NCBI GenBank assembly: GCA_963743635.1
Contig: CAVUQO010000002.1
Location: 352,001 to 416,000 of the forward strand
Source: Candidatus Babeliales bacterium
GTDB taxonomy: Bacteria; Babelota; Babeliae; Babelales; Vermiphilaceae
Direction of reading: 5' to 3'
Length of the DNA stretch: 64,000 nucleotides
Positions 42,522 to 52,670 of this stretch are shown here, piece by piece. The stretch's first letter is position 1. Each line of letters starts with the position of its first letter. Position numbers and translations under genes: made by a program. The notes below the pieces were generated by a model that made no database searches, was not told the origin of the DNA, and saw only the letters and a program-made list of their open reading frames with translations.

Positions 42522-42546
42522 GGTTAAAAAAGGATAAAGGAGATGT

Positions 42547-43014
42547 ATGCCTGGTTACAGACAACATTTAGTAGGTGGTGCAGTTGCCTATCTTTCATTG
42601 CTATTACTCTGTTCGTGGCTGAATCCAACGTTCACCACCGCGATCGAGTGGTTGGGATTTTGTTTGATTGGGTCACTGTTTCCCGATATTGATATCGGCA
42701 GTAAAGGAAGATATGTATTTTATCGTATCTTCCTTATTTTTTTACTCGTGTTTCTGGTGCGGCAAAATACCATGGCGCTCTGCCTTCTGGGCGTACTCAT
42801 GATCTTGCCGATGCTGGTTTCGCATCGTGGATTATTCCATCGATGGTGGTTTGTAACGGGATTGCCGTTTGCGGTTGCTGGGCTTTGTAGTTGTTCGTTT
42901 GCAACGTGTCAAGATGCTTTCATGCTTGATGCATTTTTCTTCGCCGCAGGCGCATTATCACATTTATATCTTGATTTAGGATTGCGCAAAATGATGCGTG
43001 TACGCTCCCGTTAA
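42547..43014 (+). CDS. Metal-dependent membrane hydrolase (YdjM/LexA-binding family)
   Basis: N-terminal His, GSLFPDID, HRGLFH, SHLYLD. Confidence 0.85.
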   Translation: MPGYRQHLVGGAVAYLSLLLLCSWLNPTFTTAIEWLGFCLIGSLFPDIDIGSKGRYVFYRIFLIFLLVFLVRQNTMALCLLGVLMILPMLVSHRGLFHRWWFVTGLPFAVAGLCSCSFATCQDAFMLDAFFFAAGALSHLYLDLGLRKMMRVRSR

Positions 43015-43550
43015 TGAGATTGGTTGGATTTTGACATACGCAGGGTTAATGTTGCGCAGTAAGAAGATTCAGCTGGTATTGCCTGAGAAGGTTCTCTGCG
43101 TGAGTATGCGGAATCACCAAAATTTACGTTGGTCACTTCTTGATCCATATTCACGGTAACCTCGCGCGTTACGGATTCCTCGACGGGTTTGAGACGCATG
43201 ATCGTGTGCATGTAATGGCACTGGCATTTGATATTCGCTGCATTTTCATTGATTGCAGTAACCGTTACTATCGCTGTTGCTCCCGGTATCGTTAATGTTT
43301 TTGTCGAAGGGAGTAACGGATTTATCAATTTTCCATCTTGAGTAGGAAAATATAATCTTTGACTATCCCTGCCGTGTTTTGCACTCAAGTAAGCACCGAT
43401 AAATATCATCGCGTTGGCTTGTTTTTGAGTGTCAGCGGGAATGCTCGTGTTGCTTGAGGCATCATCCATTGCTTGGAGTGCAAAGGGGAATAGTAAGATA
43501 ATTGAGAATGTCATTCTGAGTGATGCCGTAGACATGTATCGAAGAATCAT
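43011..43550 (-). CDS. Secreted orphan protein (array family); N-terminus palindrome-derived
   Basis: MILRYMSTASLRM then TFSIILLFPFALQA-MDD. Confidence 0.72.
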   Translation of the reverse strand: MILRYMSTASLRMTFSIILLFPFALQAMDDASSNTSIPADTQKQANAMIFIGAYLSAKHGRDSQRLYFPTQDGKLINPLLPSTKTLTIPGATAIVTVTAINENAANIKCQCHYMHTIMRLKPVEESVTREVTVNMDQEVTNVNFGDSAYSRREPSQAIPAESSYCATLTLRMSKSNQSH

Positions 43551-43621
43551 GGGAGCCCTTTTTATAGTGAGGTAAAAAACTTGCAGCATCTTAGCACAAA
43601 AATAAGTTCCTGCAAAATCTA

Positions 43622-45031
43622 TTATTTTTTAGCACTTGAAGAAGCCGATACCAAGTACAGCGCAATAAAGCCGGCGATAAATCCAGGAATGAGTGGTAAA
43701 TGATTGAGCCAGAGGCCAGTTGAGGGCCAGATTGCTGCCGTTAAGCCACCAGCTAAGATACTTGCAAGTGCTCCATAGCGATTGACGCCTGTGCCGTAGA
43801 GTGATGCAATCACGAACGGGCCAAATGAGCTGCCGAGTCCGGACCATGCATAGTTTACCAAATTCATCACCGTCGTACTTTCTTCCCACGCAATACACAG
43901 CGCAATGCCTGATACCACTAATGCCGCGCAGCGAGATACGAAAATAAGTTGTTTTGAAGTGGCATTCTTTTTAAACCATTGCCCATAAATATCTTCTGCA
44001 ATTACCGATCCTGAGATCAGGATATGACTATCCATGGTGGAAAGCGTTGCAGCGAGAATGCCGCAGAGTGCAAATCCGGCGATAAGCGGTGGGAATAATT
44101 CTTTTGCCATGAAAATGAAAATGAGTTCATTATTCGCCATCTCTGGATAATAGGCAACGCCAATAATCCCAATGAATACAGCCGCGAGGAGTACCATGAT
44201 TTGCCACGATATACCAATGCGTTTTGCGTATTTGATTTTAGTAACATCATCGATTGCCATGAAATTCACTAGAATGTGCGGCTGACCAAAATAACCAAGA
44301 CCCCAGCCCAGTGCAAGCAAGAGACCGCTCAATAAATCGGTCTGTGTCGCCGCAAGGTTAAACGATAATCCTTTTGCGTAGAATGCGTCGCTAATGATAT
44401 TCCAAGAACCAAGTTTGATATAAGCAGCAACGGGTACCAACACGATCATGGCGAGTAAGAACATGCCTTGAAAAAAGTCACACCATGCAACGGCAATAAA
44501 GCCGCCAATGAGTGTGTAGAGTGCGGCACACGTTAAGGCGAGTATGATTCCTTGTTGATATTCTAATCCTAATCCAGCTTTAAAGAGCCATCCAAGACCA
44601 ACGAGTCCTGACGCAATATAAAAGGTAAAAAAGAGCACGGTCATGAGTGCGCTCACGAGGCGAATCATGCCGGACGTGTCATTAAATCGGTGTTCAAAAA
44701 ATGATGAGAGGGTAAGGCTGTGATATTTTTCAGTTGCCATGCGTAGTTTTGGCGCGATGTATTGCCAGTTAAGATACATACCAATTACGAGTCCGATTGG
44801 CATCCATGCTGCGGTTAACCCCTTCATATAAACCCAAGAGGGCACCGCGAGAAAGAGATATGCTCCCATATCGGTTGCCTGAGTAGCAACGGCAGTGACC
44901 CAATAATTGATGGATCGATTGCCAAGCATAAATTCTGAAGACGTAGCTTTATTGTGCCAAGAGACCATTAAGCCGATCAGCGTAAGGGCACAAAAATAGA
45001 TGATAAACGCAGTTACAATAAGAGTATCCAT
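43622..45031 (-). CDS. putP: Sodium/proline symporter
   Basis: SSS family; GGFIAVAWCDFFQG, WGLGYFGQPHIL, ILAATLSTMDS, YAWSGLGSSFGP. Confidence 0.9.
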   Translation of the reverse strand: MDTLIVTAFIIYFCALTLIGLMVSWHNKATSSEFMLGNRSINYWVTAVATQATDMGAYLFLAVPSWVYMKGLTAAWMPIGLVIGMYLNWQYIAPKLRMATEKYHSLTLSSFFEHRFNDTSGMIRLVSALMTVLFFTFYIASGLVGLGWLFKAGLGLEYQQGIILALTCAALYTLIGGFIAVAWCDFFQGMFLLAMIVLVPVAAYIKLGSWNIISDAFYAKGLSFNLAATQTDLLSGLLLALGWGLGYFGQPHILVNFMAIDDVTKIKYAKRIGISWQIMVLLAAVFIGIIGVAYYPEMANNELIFIFMAKELFPPLIAGFALCGILAATLSTMDSHILISGSVIAEDIYGQWFKKNATSKQLIFVSRCAALVVSGIALCIAWEESTTVMNLVNYAWSGLGSSFGPFVIASLYGTGVNRYGALASILAGGLTAAIWPSTGLWLNHLPLIPGFIAGFIALYLVSASSSAKK

Positions 45032-45104
45032 AAAGACCTCATAGGTTTATAGGAAAATATTTTTTTTAATAGGGCAAGATTAGGTATTAGGAAAAGGGTA
45101 CCCG

Positions 45105-45176
45105 TTAGGGACGGGATACGCAAGGCCTTGCTTGAATGGGGCAAGAGATAAGAAGAAGCGCGATGGCATACTTCAT
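45105..45176 (-). CDS. 23-aa uORF upstream of putP (MKYAIALLLISCPIQARPCVSRP); effector remnant or leader peptide
   Basis: AGGAAAGG RBS, ATG 45176, TAA 45105; signal-like sequence similar to array members. Confidence 0.45.
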   Translation of the reverse strand: MKYAIALLLISCPIQARPCVSRP

Positions 45177-45239
45177 AAAGAACCTTTCCTAACTTGGAAA
45201 TAAAAACAACATCATTTTAGCAGATTGAGAGGAGTATGG

Positions 45240-45725
45240 CTATTGTTTTTGAAATACTGAAATCCTATCTGCCAGAATCCTGAGTGTACAGGATAGGTGA
45301 GGGAGAACTCTTTCAAATGAGGTGCCGTCTTGGGCTAAGTAATCGAATGTCACCATTTTAGCTTCTTGTATCACTTCAATTCCCGATTGAGTTCTTTTTT
45401 GTATGGAGTACATGATGGTTAGGATTGATTTTAGGGAAAGGGGAAGTTGTACGCGCTGGTCTGGATTAAAAGAGAGATTTGCCGATTCTATATTTACGCT
45501 ATACCTATCATAGGGTTGTGGCGGCTTTTGGGCGGGTTTGAGCGTATTATCATTAAGATCAATATAAGAATATTTTCCGGTATAAATCGTGTCCTGGGAG
45601 TCATTGTCTACGAGAGTTGGTGTGACATATAGGTATTGTAAGGGCACGGGTTGGGGGCGTGAACCAGATGGCGCAGTGTGTGTGGTGCAAGAGATGAGCA
45701 GAAGGAGGGTGATACCGTGCTTCAT
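45240..45725 (-). CDS. Secreted orphan protein (array family)
   Basis: MKHGITLLLLISCTTHTA signal, AGGA RBS, beta-rich pattern. Confidence 0.72.
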   Translation of the reverse strand: MKHGITLLLLISCTTHTAPSGSRPQPVPLQYLYVTPTLVDNDSQDTIYTGKYSYIDLNDNTLKPAQKPPQPYDRYSVNIESANLSFNPDQRVQLPLSLKSILTIMYSIQKRTQSGIEVIQEAKMVTFDYLAQDGTSFERVLPHLSCTLRILADRISVFQKQ

Positions 45726-45884
45726 AACTATTTCATCCTAAAGAGTGTCCATAACAAACTTATTATGATTTTATGTGAAAATATAACGCTAGTGAGTATA
45801 GCAGTCTCGATACTTTTTGTAAGAAGGTCGGGCGATATAATGAATTTTAATTCGTTATATGTTTAACCATTGGAGAGAAATTGG

Positions 45885-46346
45885 CTAGTTTTCGAGCGGT
45901 TGGACGACTAAGAGCTTTCTCGTGTTTTTTATTGAGATCTCGAGATCTATCTTTTGCCCGTCATGGACTACAGTATCGGAGTGGTCTTCCGTACGATTAT
46001 GACCCACTTTAAATAATTTTTGCTCAGAATAGAGACGAGTGGAATCATTGCGGTCACCTTTTCTCAGGGAGTATTTTACGAGCATTTCTGAAAATCTCTT
46101 GTCTAGTGTTATGCTTACTATTTTAGCAGTGAGAAAGTAGTCACTTGTTTGGGGTTCCGTTTGCCATCCTTGGAGTTTGAGTTCGTCATTAACCACTCTG
46201 TGATATACCTCTTGATTGTAGAGAACCTGCTTGCTCGATAAAATTTGTGTAGCGATTGTATATTCTTGTTCTATTTCTGTTTTTATTTCCATAGCATTGA
46301 GCATGAAGGGCGTGCATAGAAATATCAGGGACAGTATGTGTATCAT
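45885..46346 (-). CDS. Secreted orphan protein (array family)
   Basis: MIHILSLIFLCTPFMLNA-MEIK; AAGG RBS before 46346. Confidence 0.75.
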   Translation of the reverse strand: MIHILSLIFLCTPFMLNAMEIKTEIEQEYTIATQILSSKQVLYNQEVYHRVVNDELKLQGWQTEPQTSDYFLTAKIVSITLDKRFSEMLVKYSLRKGDRNDSTRLYSEQKLFKVGHNRTEDHSDTVVHDGQKIDLEISIKNTRKLLVVQPLEN

Positions 46347-46419
46347 GATGAACCTTTTGTGGCTGTGAATAGTAAATAATGCTTTATTATAGCATGTTTT
46401 TGCCATCATGTGAATAATC

Positions 46420-46539
46420 TCAAGTAAAAACCGGACCTGATAGTTTCTCAGATTCCATTGCATTGAGTGCAAGGGGTCCCGTCGAAAAGCTGAGGATAAG
46501 GATGATCGGGATGGGGAGGGTGCGAGTCCGCAGATTCAT
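46420..46539 (-). pseudogene. Truncated array member (MNLRTRTLPIPIILILSFSTGPLALNA-MESEK...)
   Basis: AAGGA RBS, intact signal with A-ME junction, stop after 39 aa. Confidence 0.55.
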
Positions 46540-46553
46540 AAATAATCCTTTAA

Positions 46554-46882
46554 TTAATTCTCTTTATCCAATATCAGGTGCTCTGCTTTAATCACTGCTA
46601 AGTATTGTGTATATGATGATTCTTGAGCTATACCAATGGTAAGTTCTTCTCCGAAGGGAACGGTGATCGTTGCGGAATTCACCTCTTTTGGACATAAGTT
46701 CGAAATTGTTTTGCTTAGCTCCCATACATTCTTACTACAGCCTGGTTGGATTCATCTTCATCGATGGACTCCATGCAGCGGACGAGGTGTGGTGAGAAAA
46801 AAAGTGTGAGAATCAGGCCCTTCGACAGTATTCCTACAGGGCTCAGAATGAGCGGGAAAGTAATGATATTTTTGAAAGACAT
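46554..46882 (-). pseudogene. Frameshifted, shortened array member with in-frame palindromic element in its signal
   Basis: MSFKNIITF[PLILSPVGILSKG]LILTLFFSPHLVRC-MESID..., continuing in a shifted frame as WELSK..ATITVPFGEELTI..KEN*. Confidence 0.6.
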
Positions 46883-47034
46883 GATAATTTTTTCGTTGTT
46901 AGATTTGTGTTTCCTGCGCTTTTTTCAAAAGTAGCTTTATGGTAAGTATATGTTTAATTGCAGCTGTTGGGTAGGGATTTTCTTGTATTCCCCAATGTAA
47001 ATGGATGCCCCAAATTCATAATAATCATCCTTAA

Positions 47035-47556
47035 TTAAAAACTTACTGTTTGTTTAATGCTCATGATGAATTTTTCATTATCCAATGATATGAATTGCGT
47101 GTGTGGATCGCGTTGCAATAAATTAATATCCATCATTACTGGCGCGGTCTTTTGAGAAGCGGCTTCAGGATCAGTCGTTGTCTTGAGGAGAGAATATTGG
47201 AGTATGATTTTTTGAAACAATGCGCGCCAATCGCGTTGATTCACTTTGCTTCCATCGGTAATCAATTTCAAGAGTTTTGTTTGCACACCATATTCTTGAG
47301 ATGCTTGCGGCACATCGGCGTCAGTGAGGTTACGTGTGGCATACCTCGAGTCATGCGAATAAATCCCATAGGTGTGAGTATGATCATAGAGCAGTGTCTG
47401 TTCTTCTTGTTGCCTACACACGGTGATCGCGAGCGCGATGGTTATAAGAGGTTTTTGAGGGGGCATTGCGGGTTTAGAAATTCTTAGACCTGCATGCACA
47501 TGAGATATGAAAAATAATCCATGCATGACAGGAATAATGAGAGCTTTTTTAATCAT
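47035..47556 (-). CDS. Secreted orphan protein (array family)
   Basis: MIKKALIIPVMHGLFFISHVHA-GLRISK; AAGGA RBS. Confidence 0.75.
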   Translation of the reverse strand: MIKKALIIPVMHGLFFISHVHAGLRISKPAMPPQKPLITIALAITVCRQQEEQTLLYDHTHTYGIYSHDSRYATRNLTDADVPQASQEYGVQTKLLKLITDGSKVNQRDWRALFQKIILQYSLLKTTTDPEAASQKTAPVMMDINLLQRDPHTQFISLDNEKFIMSIKQTVSF

Positions 47557-47702
47557 AACAATCCTTATTATAAAAATCAGATCCATTGCAGACCCGATCC
47601 AGGGTAATGATTGTCTGCCAAGTGGGTCAAGAGTTTAGTCTTGCTGCGTAAAATTTACCGCATTAGGCCTTTGTTACAGTCTTTTCATCGTTTCAGAAGA
47701 AA

Positions 47703-48173
47703 TTATTTTTTGATGGTGCTTTGAATGGTTACCTGTATCGGCTGGCCGAATTCATCGTGCATCGATAATGGATATGTTTTGGCACTTGAGGCATTAAGGG
47801 GAATTTTTATTGTGCCAACAGCCGATGGGCCTTCTACTTTTTTTACTTTGCATTCGAATTCGGCATAGCCTGTATCGCGATCGACTTCTTGGAGTTCTAT
47901 TTCTAAATTATAACTTTCGGTATCTTGATGGCCAGCCAAGAGCCCGCCAGTTGTAGGCACTAAGGTATCAGATTGTCCTTTGAAATATAGAAATCTTGCA
48001 ACGCTGCGCGTGCCATTCTTTTGAGGAATTTTCATTTCAGCAACGATATTCATTTGCGATGGCAGAGAATGTAACATGAGAGAGTTGAATGCACGCATCG
48101 CTGCATTGTCATAACGCTGCATTGCATGGCTGACAGCGGGAAGTAATAATAGGAGTGCTAAAAAATGTCTCAC
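47703..48173 (-). CDS. Secreted orphan protein (array family)
   Basis: GTG start, RHFLALLLLLPAVSHA-MQRY; AAGGA RBS. Confidence 0.75.
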   Translation of the reverse strand: MRHFLALLLLLPAVSHAMQRYDNAAMRAFNSLMLHSLPSQMNIVAEMKIPQKNGTRSVARFLYFKGQSDTLVPTTGGLLAGHQDTESYNLEIELQEVDRDTGYAEFECKVKKVEGPSAVGTIKIPLNASSAKTYPLSMHDEFGQPIQVTIQSTIKK

Positions 48174-48390
48174 TAATTTTCCTTGGTTCTTAACATATTG
48201 AAGAATAAATGCTATATAAACTCGATTTATAGTATCAAAGTAGACATTTTTATTCAATGATTAGGAGGAAATAGACCTTTATATATTCATAGTATGACTT
48301 AGAAAATGAATGCGATTTACAATGGCCTTATATTGTAATCGAAAAAAAGTATTTAAATGTTATGAAGATATCTTAATGAAAGAATAACTA

Positions 48391-49431
48391 ATGAAAAAAT
48401 CACTATCAATACTGGTATTAGCACTTGCAATATCAGCGAACGCATACGCAGCAGAAGTAAGTACCTTCAGTGAACATGCGATCATATTCTCAGGCAATGC
48501 AACGAAAGAGTTGGCGCAAAGTATAGCGGACTACTTGGGAGTCAATCTAGGTTCGGCGATCGTATCAAAATTTAATGATGGAGAAATCCAGATCCAGGCG
48601 CAGGAAAGTGTGCGGGGTAAGGATGTCTTTATCGTGCAATCAACCTGCCATACTGTAACCCAAAGCGTGAATGATAACTTGATGGAATTATTCTTGCTCA
48701 TTCGTACTATGAAGCGAGCATCGGCCGCAAGCATTACAATCGTTATCCCCTACTATGGTTATGCACGGCAAGATCGCAAAGCGATGTCTCGCGTGCCAAT
48801 TTCCGCAGCGGACGTTGCAATGATGTTAGAAGAAGGTGGTGCCGATCGCGTGTTAACGATCGATTTACACTGCGGACAAATTCAAGGGTTTTTCCGTAAT
48901 GTACCGGTTGACAACTTATTCTCATCGCCGATTTTTATCGACTATTTTGTAAACAAACAACTCGATAACGTGGTGGTGGTTTCTCCCGATGCAGGCGGCG
49001 TGGATCGTGCGTATAAGTTTGCACAACAATTGCGCAAAAAAGGCGTACCTGCTGAAATGGCGCTCATTAGCAAACGTCGCGCAAGCGCGGGCGTCATTGA
49101 ATCGATGTATTTGATTGGTGATGTGAATGGCGCTGATGCGATTATTGTTGATGATATTTGTGATACGGCAGGAACGCTAGTCAAGGCTGCGCAATTGCTC
49201 AAAGATAATGGTGCGCGTCGCGTGTTTGCGGTCATTCCGCACGGAGTCTTTTCGGGCAATGCACTCGATAAGATTCGTAAATCAGTGATTTGCGAAATGG
49301 TGATTGCAGATACCGTTCCATTGCGCGAGCAAGCGCCAGACAATCTCGTCGTTCTTTCAGTGAGTAAGTTATTGGGCGATGCGATATTGCGCATTTATAA
49401 CGGCAATTCGGTATCTGCATTGTTTGACTAA
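48391..49431 (+). CDS. prs: Ribose-phosphate pyrophosphokinase with N-terminal Sec signal peptide
   Basis: FNDGE, ESVRGKDV, PYYGYARQDRK, DLHCGQIQGFF, VSPDAGG, IIVDDICDTAGTL; preceded by MKKSLSILVLALAISANAYA. Confidence 0.95.
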   Translation: MKKSLSILVLALAISANAYAAEVSTFSEHAIIFSGNATKELAQSIADYLGVNLGSAIVSKFNDGEIQIQAQESVRGKDVFIVQSTCHTVTQSVNDNLMELFLLIRTMKRASAASITIVIPYYGYARQDRKAMSRVPISAADVAMMLEEGGADRVLTIDLHCGQIQGFFRNVPVDNLFSSPIFIDYFVNKQLDNVVVVSPDAGGVDRAYKFAQQLRKKGVPAEMALISKRRASAGVIESMYLIGDVNGADAIIVDDICDTAGTLVKAAQLLKDNGARRVFAVIPHGVFSGNALDKIRKSVICEMVIADTVPLREQAPDNLVVLSVSKLLGDAILRIYNGNSVSALFD

Positions 49432-49546
49432 CCCTTCGTGACAGCCTGAGGGTGCCGTAAGTCATCTTACTCCGCATCCTTCCGTCTTCGCCCCGGTCAT
49501 CCTGAGGCCCGAAGGGATCGAAGGACGTCGGACTACGTCGTCACAT
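49430..49546. repeat. Nested palindromic elements (type A inside type B)
   Basis: cctt-ccgtcttcgc[cccggtcatcctgaggcccgaagggatcgaagga]cgtcggactacgtcgtcaca. Confidence 0.65.
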
Positions 49547-49587
49547 TTTTCATATCACGTCCTTCTCTGCGCTGCGGAATGTTATAA

Positions 49588-49620
49588 TAAACCCCCAGGA
49601 TTAATCGTCCTGGGCTTTTC
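49588..49620. terminator. Terminator between prs and convergent array gene
   Basis: cccagga-ttaatcg-tcctggg-cttttc. Confidence 0.7.
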
Positions 49621-49644
49621 TATTAACGCGAACTATAGTGTTTT

Positions 49645-50154
49645 TTAATGTAGATATTCTGAGCTTGGATATATTTCTATGCGTAGTAAAAAAGCGTCAT
49701 AACCACGTTCCTGGAATCTTTCTTCATGCTGAATTTTAGATTGCGCATGCAACGGAAGCACTATAGATTGTGCCTGGTGCAGGATAACAGGTTCATCATT
49801 TTCTTTTCTTTTGCTGAGTGCATATTGCAGCGCAGCGTTTCGAGTAGTTGGGCATATCCCGAGCTTTACTTCTGCGCTATAGGTATAGTTTTGGTTGTCT
49901 TCCCCATTTTCTGTTGGGTCAGATTTTCCTGGGTTATCGGCATTCATTAAATAGCCTTTTTCTTTATAGAGCGTAGGTCGCAGAGCATCATCGACAGTGT
50001 ATTGTGACATCTTTATAAAAAAATCTTCTTGAGTCTTCTCATTGATCAGATGCACTGACATGACAAGGTGCTTTATAGCACCTGGTGGAGAGCTCTTGGG
50101 CCCCGCTTCAAGCGTCAAGGGCAAGAGTAGCAGTAATCGAGCAATATGTGTCAT
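49645..50154 (-). CDS. Secreted orphan protein (array family)
   Basis: MTHIARLLLLLPLTLEA-GPKSS. Confidence 0.78.
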   Translation of the reverse strand: MTHIARLLLLLPLTLEAGPKSSPPGAIKHLVMSVHLINEKTQEDFFIKMSQYTVDDALRPTLYKEKGYLMNADNPGKSDPTENGEDNQNYTYSAEVKLGICPTTRNAALQYALSKRKENDEPVILHQAQSIVLPLHAQSKIQHEERFQERGYDAFLLRIEIYPSSEYLH

Positions 50155-50312
50155 GAACTTCCCTTTTTAAAGCACTATGAACATGTCCGATTGAGCATTA
50201 TAGATGAGCTCGGATGGTTACACAAGTAAATGCGGGATAAGGAGCATGCAAAGTGCCATTCTAAAAGCTGCACGCAGCTCTGATTGCATTGAGTAATCTT
50301 CTTTTTGAGAGC

Positions 50313-50780
50313 TTAAGGAAGAGCTTTTACTTGGTATTTTATTGCTGCAGACCCATCATCATGATTTTTACATACGCTTAATAATTCTATTAAATACTTC
50401 TTAGATTGAATCGTGGGATCACGAGGCAATGTAGAGCAGGTGATTGCTTGAGGTTTATTATGCTTCCTCTCATGGTCAATAAGGTCTATGAAAAGAGATG
50501 TGAGCCCATTCGTGCGTATAAAATCATGACCGTAAAGATCCATGGTGACTTGTGCTGCGGTGATTATGAAATCATCAACATACGGAACGGGCATTTCGAG
50601 TGCTGCTCTTTCCGCCATTGGTCCAGGCCTTGGTGCTGGTTGATCTTTACCAGCCATAACGGTGAGTGGAAAAAGCAAGCAGAGCATGGCGAGTGAAAAT
50701 ATATTATTCATCCTGAGTAATGCGGTACGCATGTATCGACTGCGTCCGACGAAGTTTTTAAATGTAGACGGAAGGGTCAT
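50313..50780 (-). CDS. Secreted orphan protein with nested palindromic elements encoding its N-terminus
   Basis: MTL[PSTFKNFVGRS]RYMRTALLRM-NNIFSLAMLCLLFPLTVMA-GKD; AAGGA RBS before 50780. Confidence 0.68.
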   Translation of the reverse strand: MTLPSTFKNFVGRSRYMRTALLRMNNIFSLAMLCLLFPLTVMAGKDQPAPRPGPMAERAALEMPVPYVDDFIITAAQVTMDLYGHDFIRTNGLTSLFIDLIDHERKHNKPQAITCSTLPRDPTIQSKKYLIELLSVCKNHDDGSAAIKYQVKALP

Positions 50781-50819
50781 GGGATCCTTATTGTTCGGTC
50801 CGTGGTGATAATGAGATTT

Positions 50820-51383
50820 TTAATCAATGAGTTGTTGGTAGGCGTTAATCATGAGTATAACCGTATCTCGAGGGATTAGATGGTCCAGTTCGGTTTCAAT
50901 GATACATACATGCATTGCCTCAGGACCAATATCTAAATGTATCGCATCGTATTTATTCACATTGACTGCATCACTTCTGGCAATTATGGTGCGGTCAGGG
51001 TTAACGTTTACCGTTGTGATAGCAAGTTGTGTGTTGAGGATATAGTCGCAATATACTTGATAATTCGATTGATCTACATCTATTGCCGATGTTTTGACCG
51101 TATATTTTTCGCGCCATGCAGCTATCTTGCGTTCAGCATTATCGGCATGAATTTTTCTTTTATCGTCATTACTATCAAGATGAAATTCATCGTAACATTC
51201 GAATGTATCATCGTGGTTGCGGCGATAGTATGCCTGATGGGAAAAGATTGTTTCGCGCGTGGTGGTATTGATAAGCGCCGATGCGATTACTATTTTTGCA
51301 AGAGGGGGTGCGGATGGAAGCCCCGCTTCCATTGCATTAAGCGCAAGAGAAAAGAGCAACAGAGGTGCGCATATTTTTTTCAT
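50820..51383 (-). CDS. Secreted orphan protein (array family)
   Basis: MKKICAPLLLFSLALNA-MEAG. Confidence 0.78.
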   Translation of the reverse strand: MKKICAPLLLFSLALNAMEAGLPSAPPLAKIVIASALINTTTRETIFSHQAYYRRNHDDTFECYDEFHLDSNDDKRKIHADNAERKIAAWREKYTVKTSAIDVDQSNYQVYCDYILNTQLAITTVNVNPDRTIIARSDAVNVNKYDAIHLDIGPEAMHVCIIETELDHLIPRDTVILMINAYQQLID

Positions 51384-51479
51384 GAAAACCTTGTGAATGA
51401 AAAGTATTAATACAACGTGACAAGTTTATCACAATTTAATGCGTCATAAAAGTGAATTGTGCTGATGTGTAATACAAAA

Positions 51480-51989
51480 TTAGTCGATCGTTTCTACACT
51501 ATCATCATCGGCAAGGGACGTCATAGCGATATCATTCTCGTTTCTTATATTGATGAGTGAAACTTTGAATTTTAAGAGCATGTCATCATCTAATTTTGTG
51601 GTGACTGTGCGACCAAATTTGATTTCTATAGGGTACTCTTTGGGCATAGCGCCTTTACCCAATCGTACCCAACAGCTTAATGACGCAGTTTTTTCTGCTT
51701 GATTGAAGGTAGCATTCTCGATGGTGATGCGATTATCTTTAATAACTATCTCGCGCGGGGTCTCTATTTTTGTATAAGTATCATTATCGTTGTACCTATA
51801 GTTGTGACACTCCTGTGAAATTACCTGTCCACTGCGTGCAGCGCAGAGTGCTGCGTCAATACGTAAGTCTTTGTTCTTGGTGCACATACAAGGCATGCAG
51901 GCCGTGAGTATTGTTAATATGGACGTACACGGTCCAGGTATCGTGAGTAAGGGGTGTATGACGCATAGTAGGGCTATAAGACGTTTCAT
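51480..51989 (-). CDS. Secreted orphan protein, Cys-rich N-terminus (array family)
   Basis: AGGAG RBS; MKRLIALLCVIHPLLTIP-GPCTS..ACMPCMC. Confidence 0.78.
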   Translation of the reverse strand: MKRLIALLCVIHPLLTIPGPCTSILTILTACMPCMCTKNKDLRIDAALCAARSGQVISQECHNYRYNDNDTYTKIETPREIVIKDNRITIENATFNQAEKTASLSCWVRLGKGAMPKEYPIEIKFGRTVTTKLDDDMLLKFKVSLINIRNENDIAMTSLADDDSVETID

Positions 51990-52019
51990 GATTTCTCCTT
52001 TTTTTAGTAAAATAACCCC

Positions 52020-52571
52020 TTAAGGATTACGATTATTCGAAATGGTTAATTCAACTTTGCGTTTGGTATCATCGGTGATGTCTAGTTTAAATGTCATTGA
52101 AAAATCGGTATGCAATGGCACTTCCACCTCTTTTTCGATGATGTGCTCGGTTGCGTACGTTTTTGTTATACATCGAATGATCACCGATTTTGAAGATTGA
52201 CCGAGTAAGCTGAGCTCTGCTTCATGGAGATATGAGGAAGGCTCAATGGTGGTTAATCTATCGGGGGTGACAACCAAAGAAGAATCATTTTTTGTTAAAT
52301 ATAAATGTTTGGCAATAGAGTGGAGGGTAGTCTGTGTTTGTGGTTGTGCACCGATTACTATTTCATTCGTGTACTGATTGCGGGCATAAGATCCTGGCAC
52401 AATACGTTTCACATAAAATTCAAGTACCGCGCTAATGCGTATTGCTGATGGAAGATCTGTTAGAAGCGATACGCTATCTGTGGTTGGAATTTTAGGGTGT
52501 GGGCGGGACATGCAAGCTCCTGCCGCAAGCAGCATTGGACATGCTGCGAACGCTAAAATAAGACGTTTCAC
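52020..52571 (-). CDS. Secreted orphan protein (array family)
   Basis: GTG start after AAGGGGGG; KRLILAFAACPMLLAA-GACMSRP. Confidence 0.75.
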   Translation of the reverse strand: MKRLILAFAACPMLLAAGACMSRPHPKIPTTDSVSLLTDLPSAIRISAVLEFYVKRIVPGSYARNQYTNEIVIGAQPQTQTTLHSIAKHLYLTKNDSSLVVTPDRLTTIEPSSYLHEAELSLLGQSSKSVIIRCITKTYATEHIIEKEVEVPLHTDFSMTFKLDITDDTKRKVELTISNNRNP

Positions 52572-52670
52572 GATCCCCCCTTTTTCCATTCTCATTGTTC
52601 CCTTGCATAGAAGGCTAGCACAAAGTGGATGGATAAAAAAAGATAAAGCGTCTTAGAGGCAGTTTTCGTG

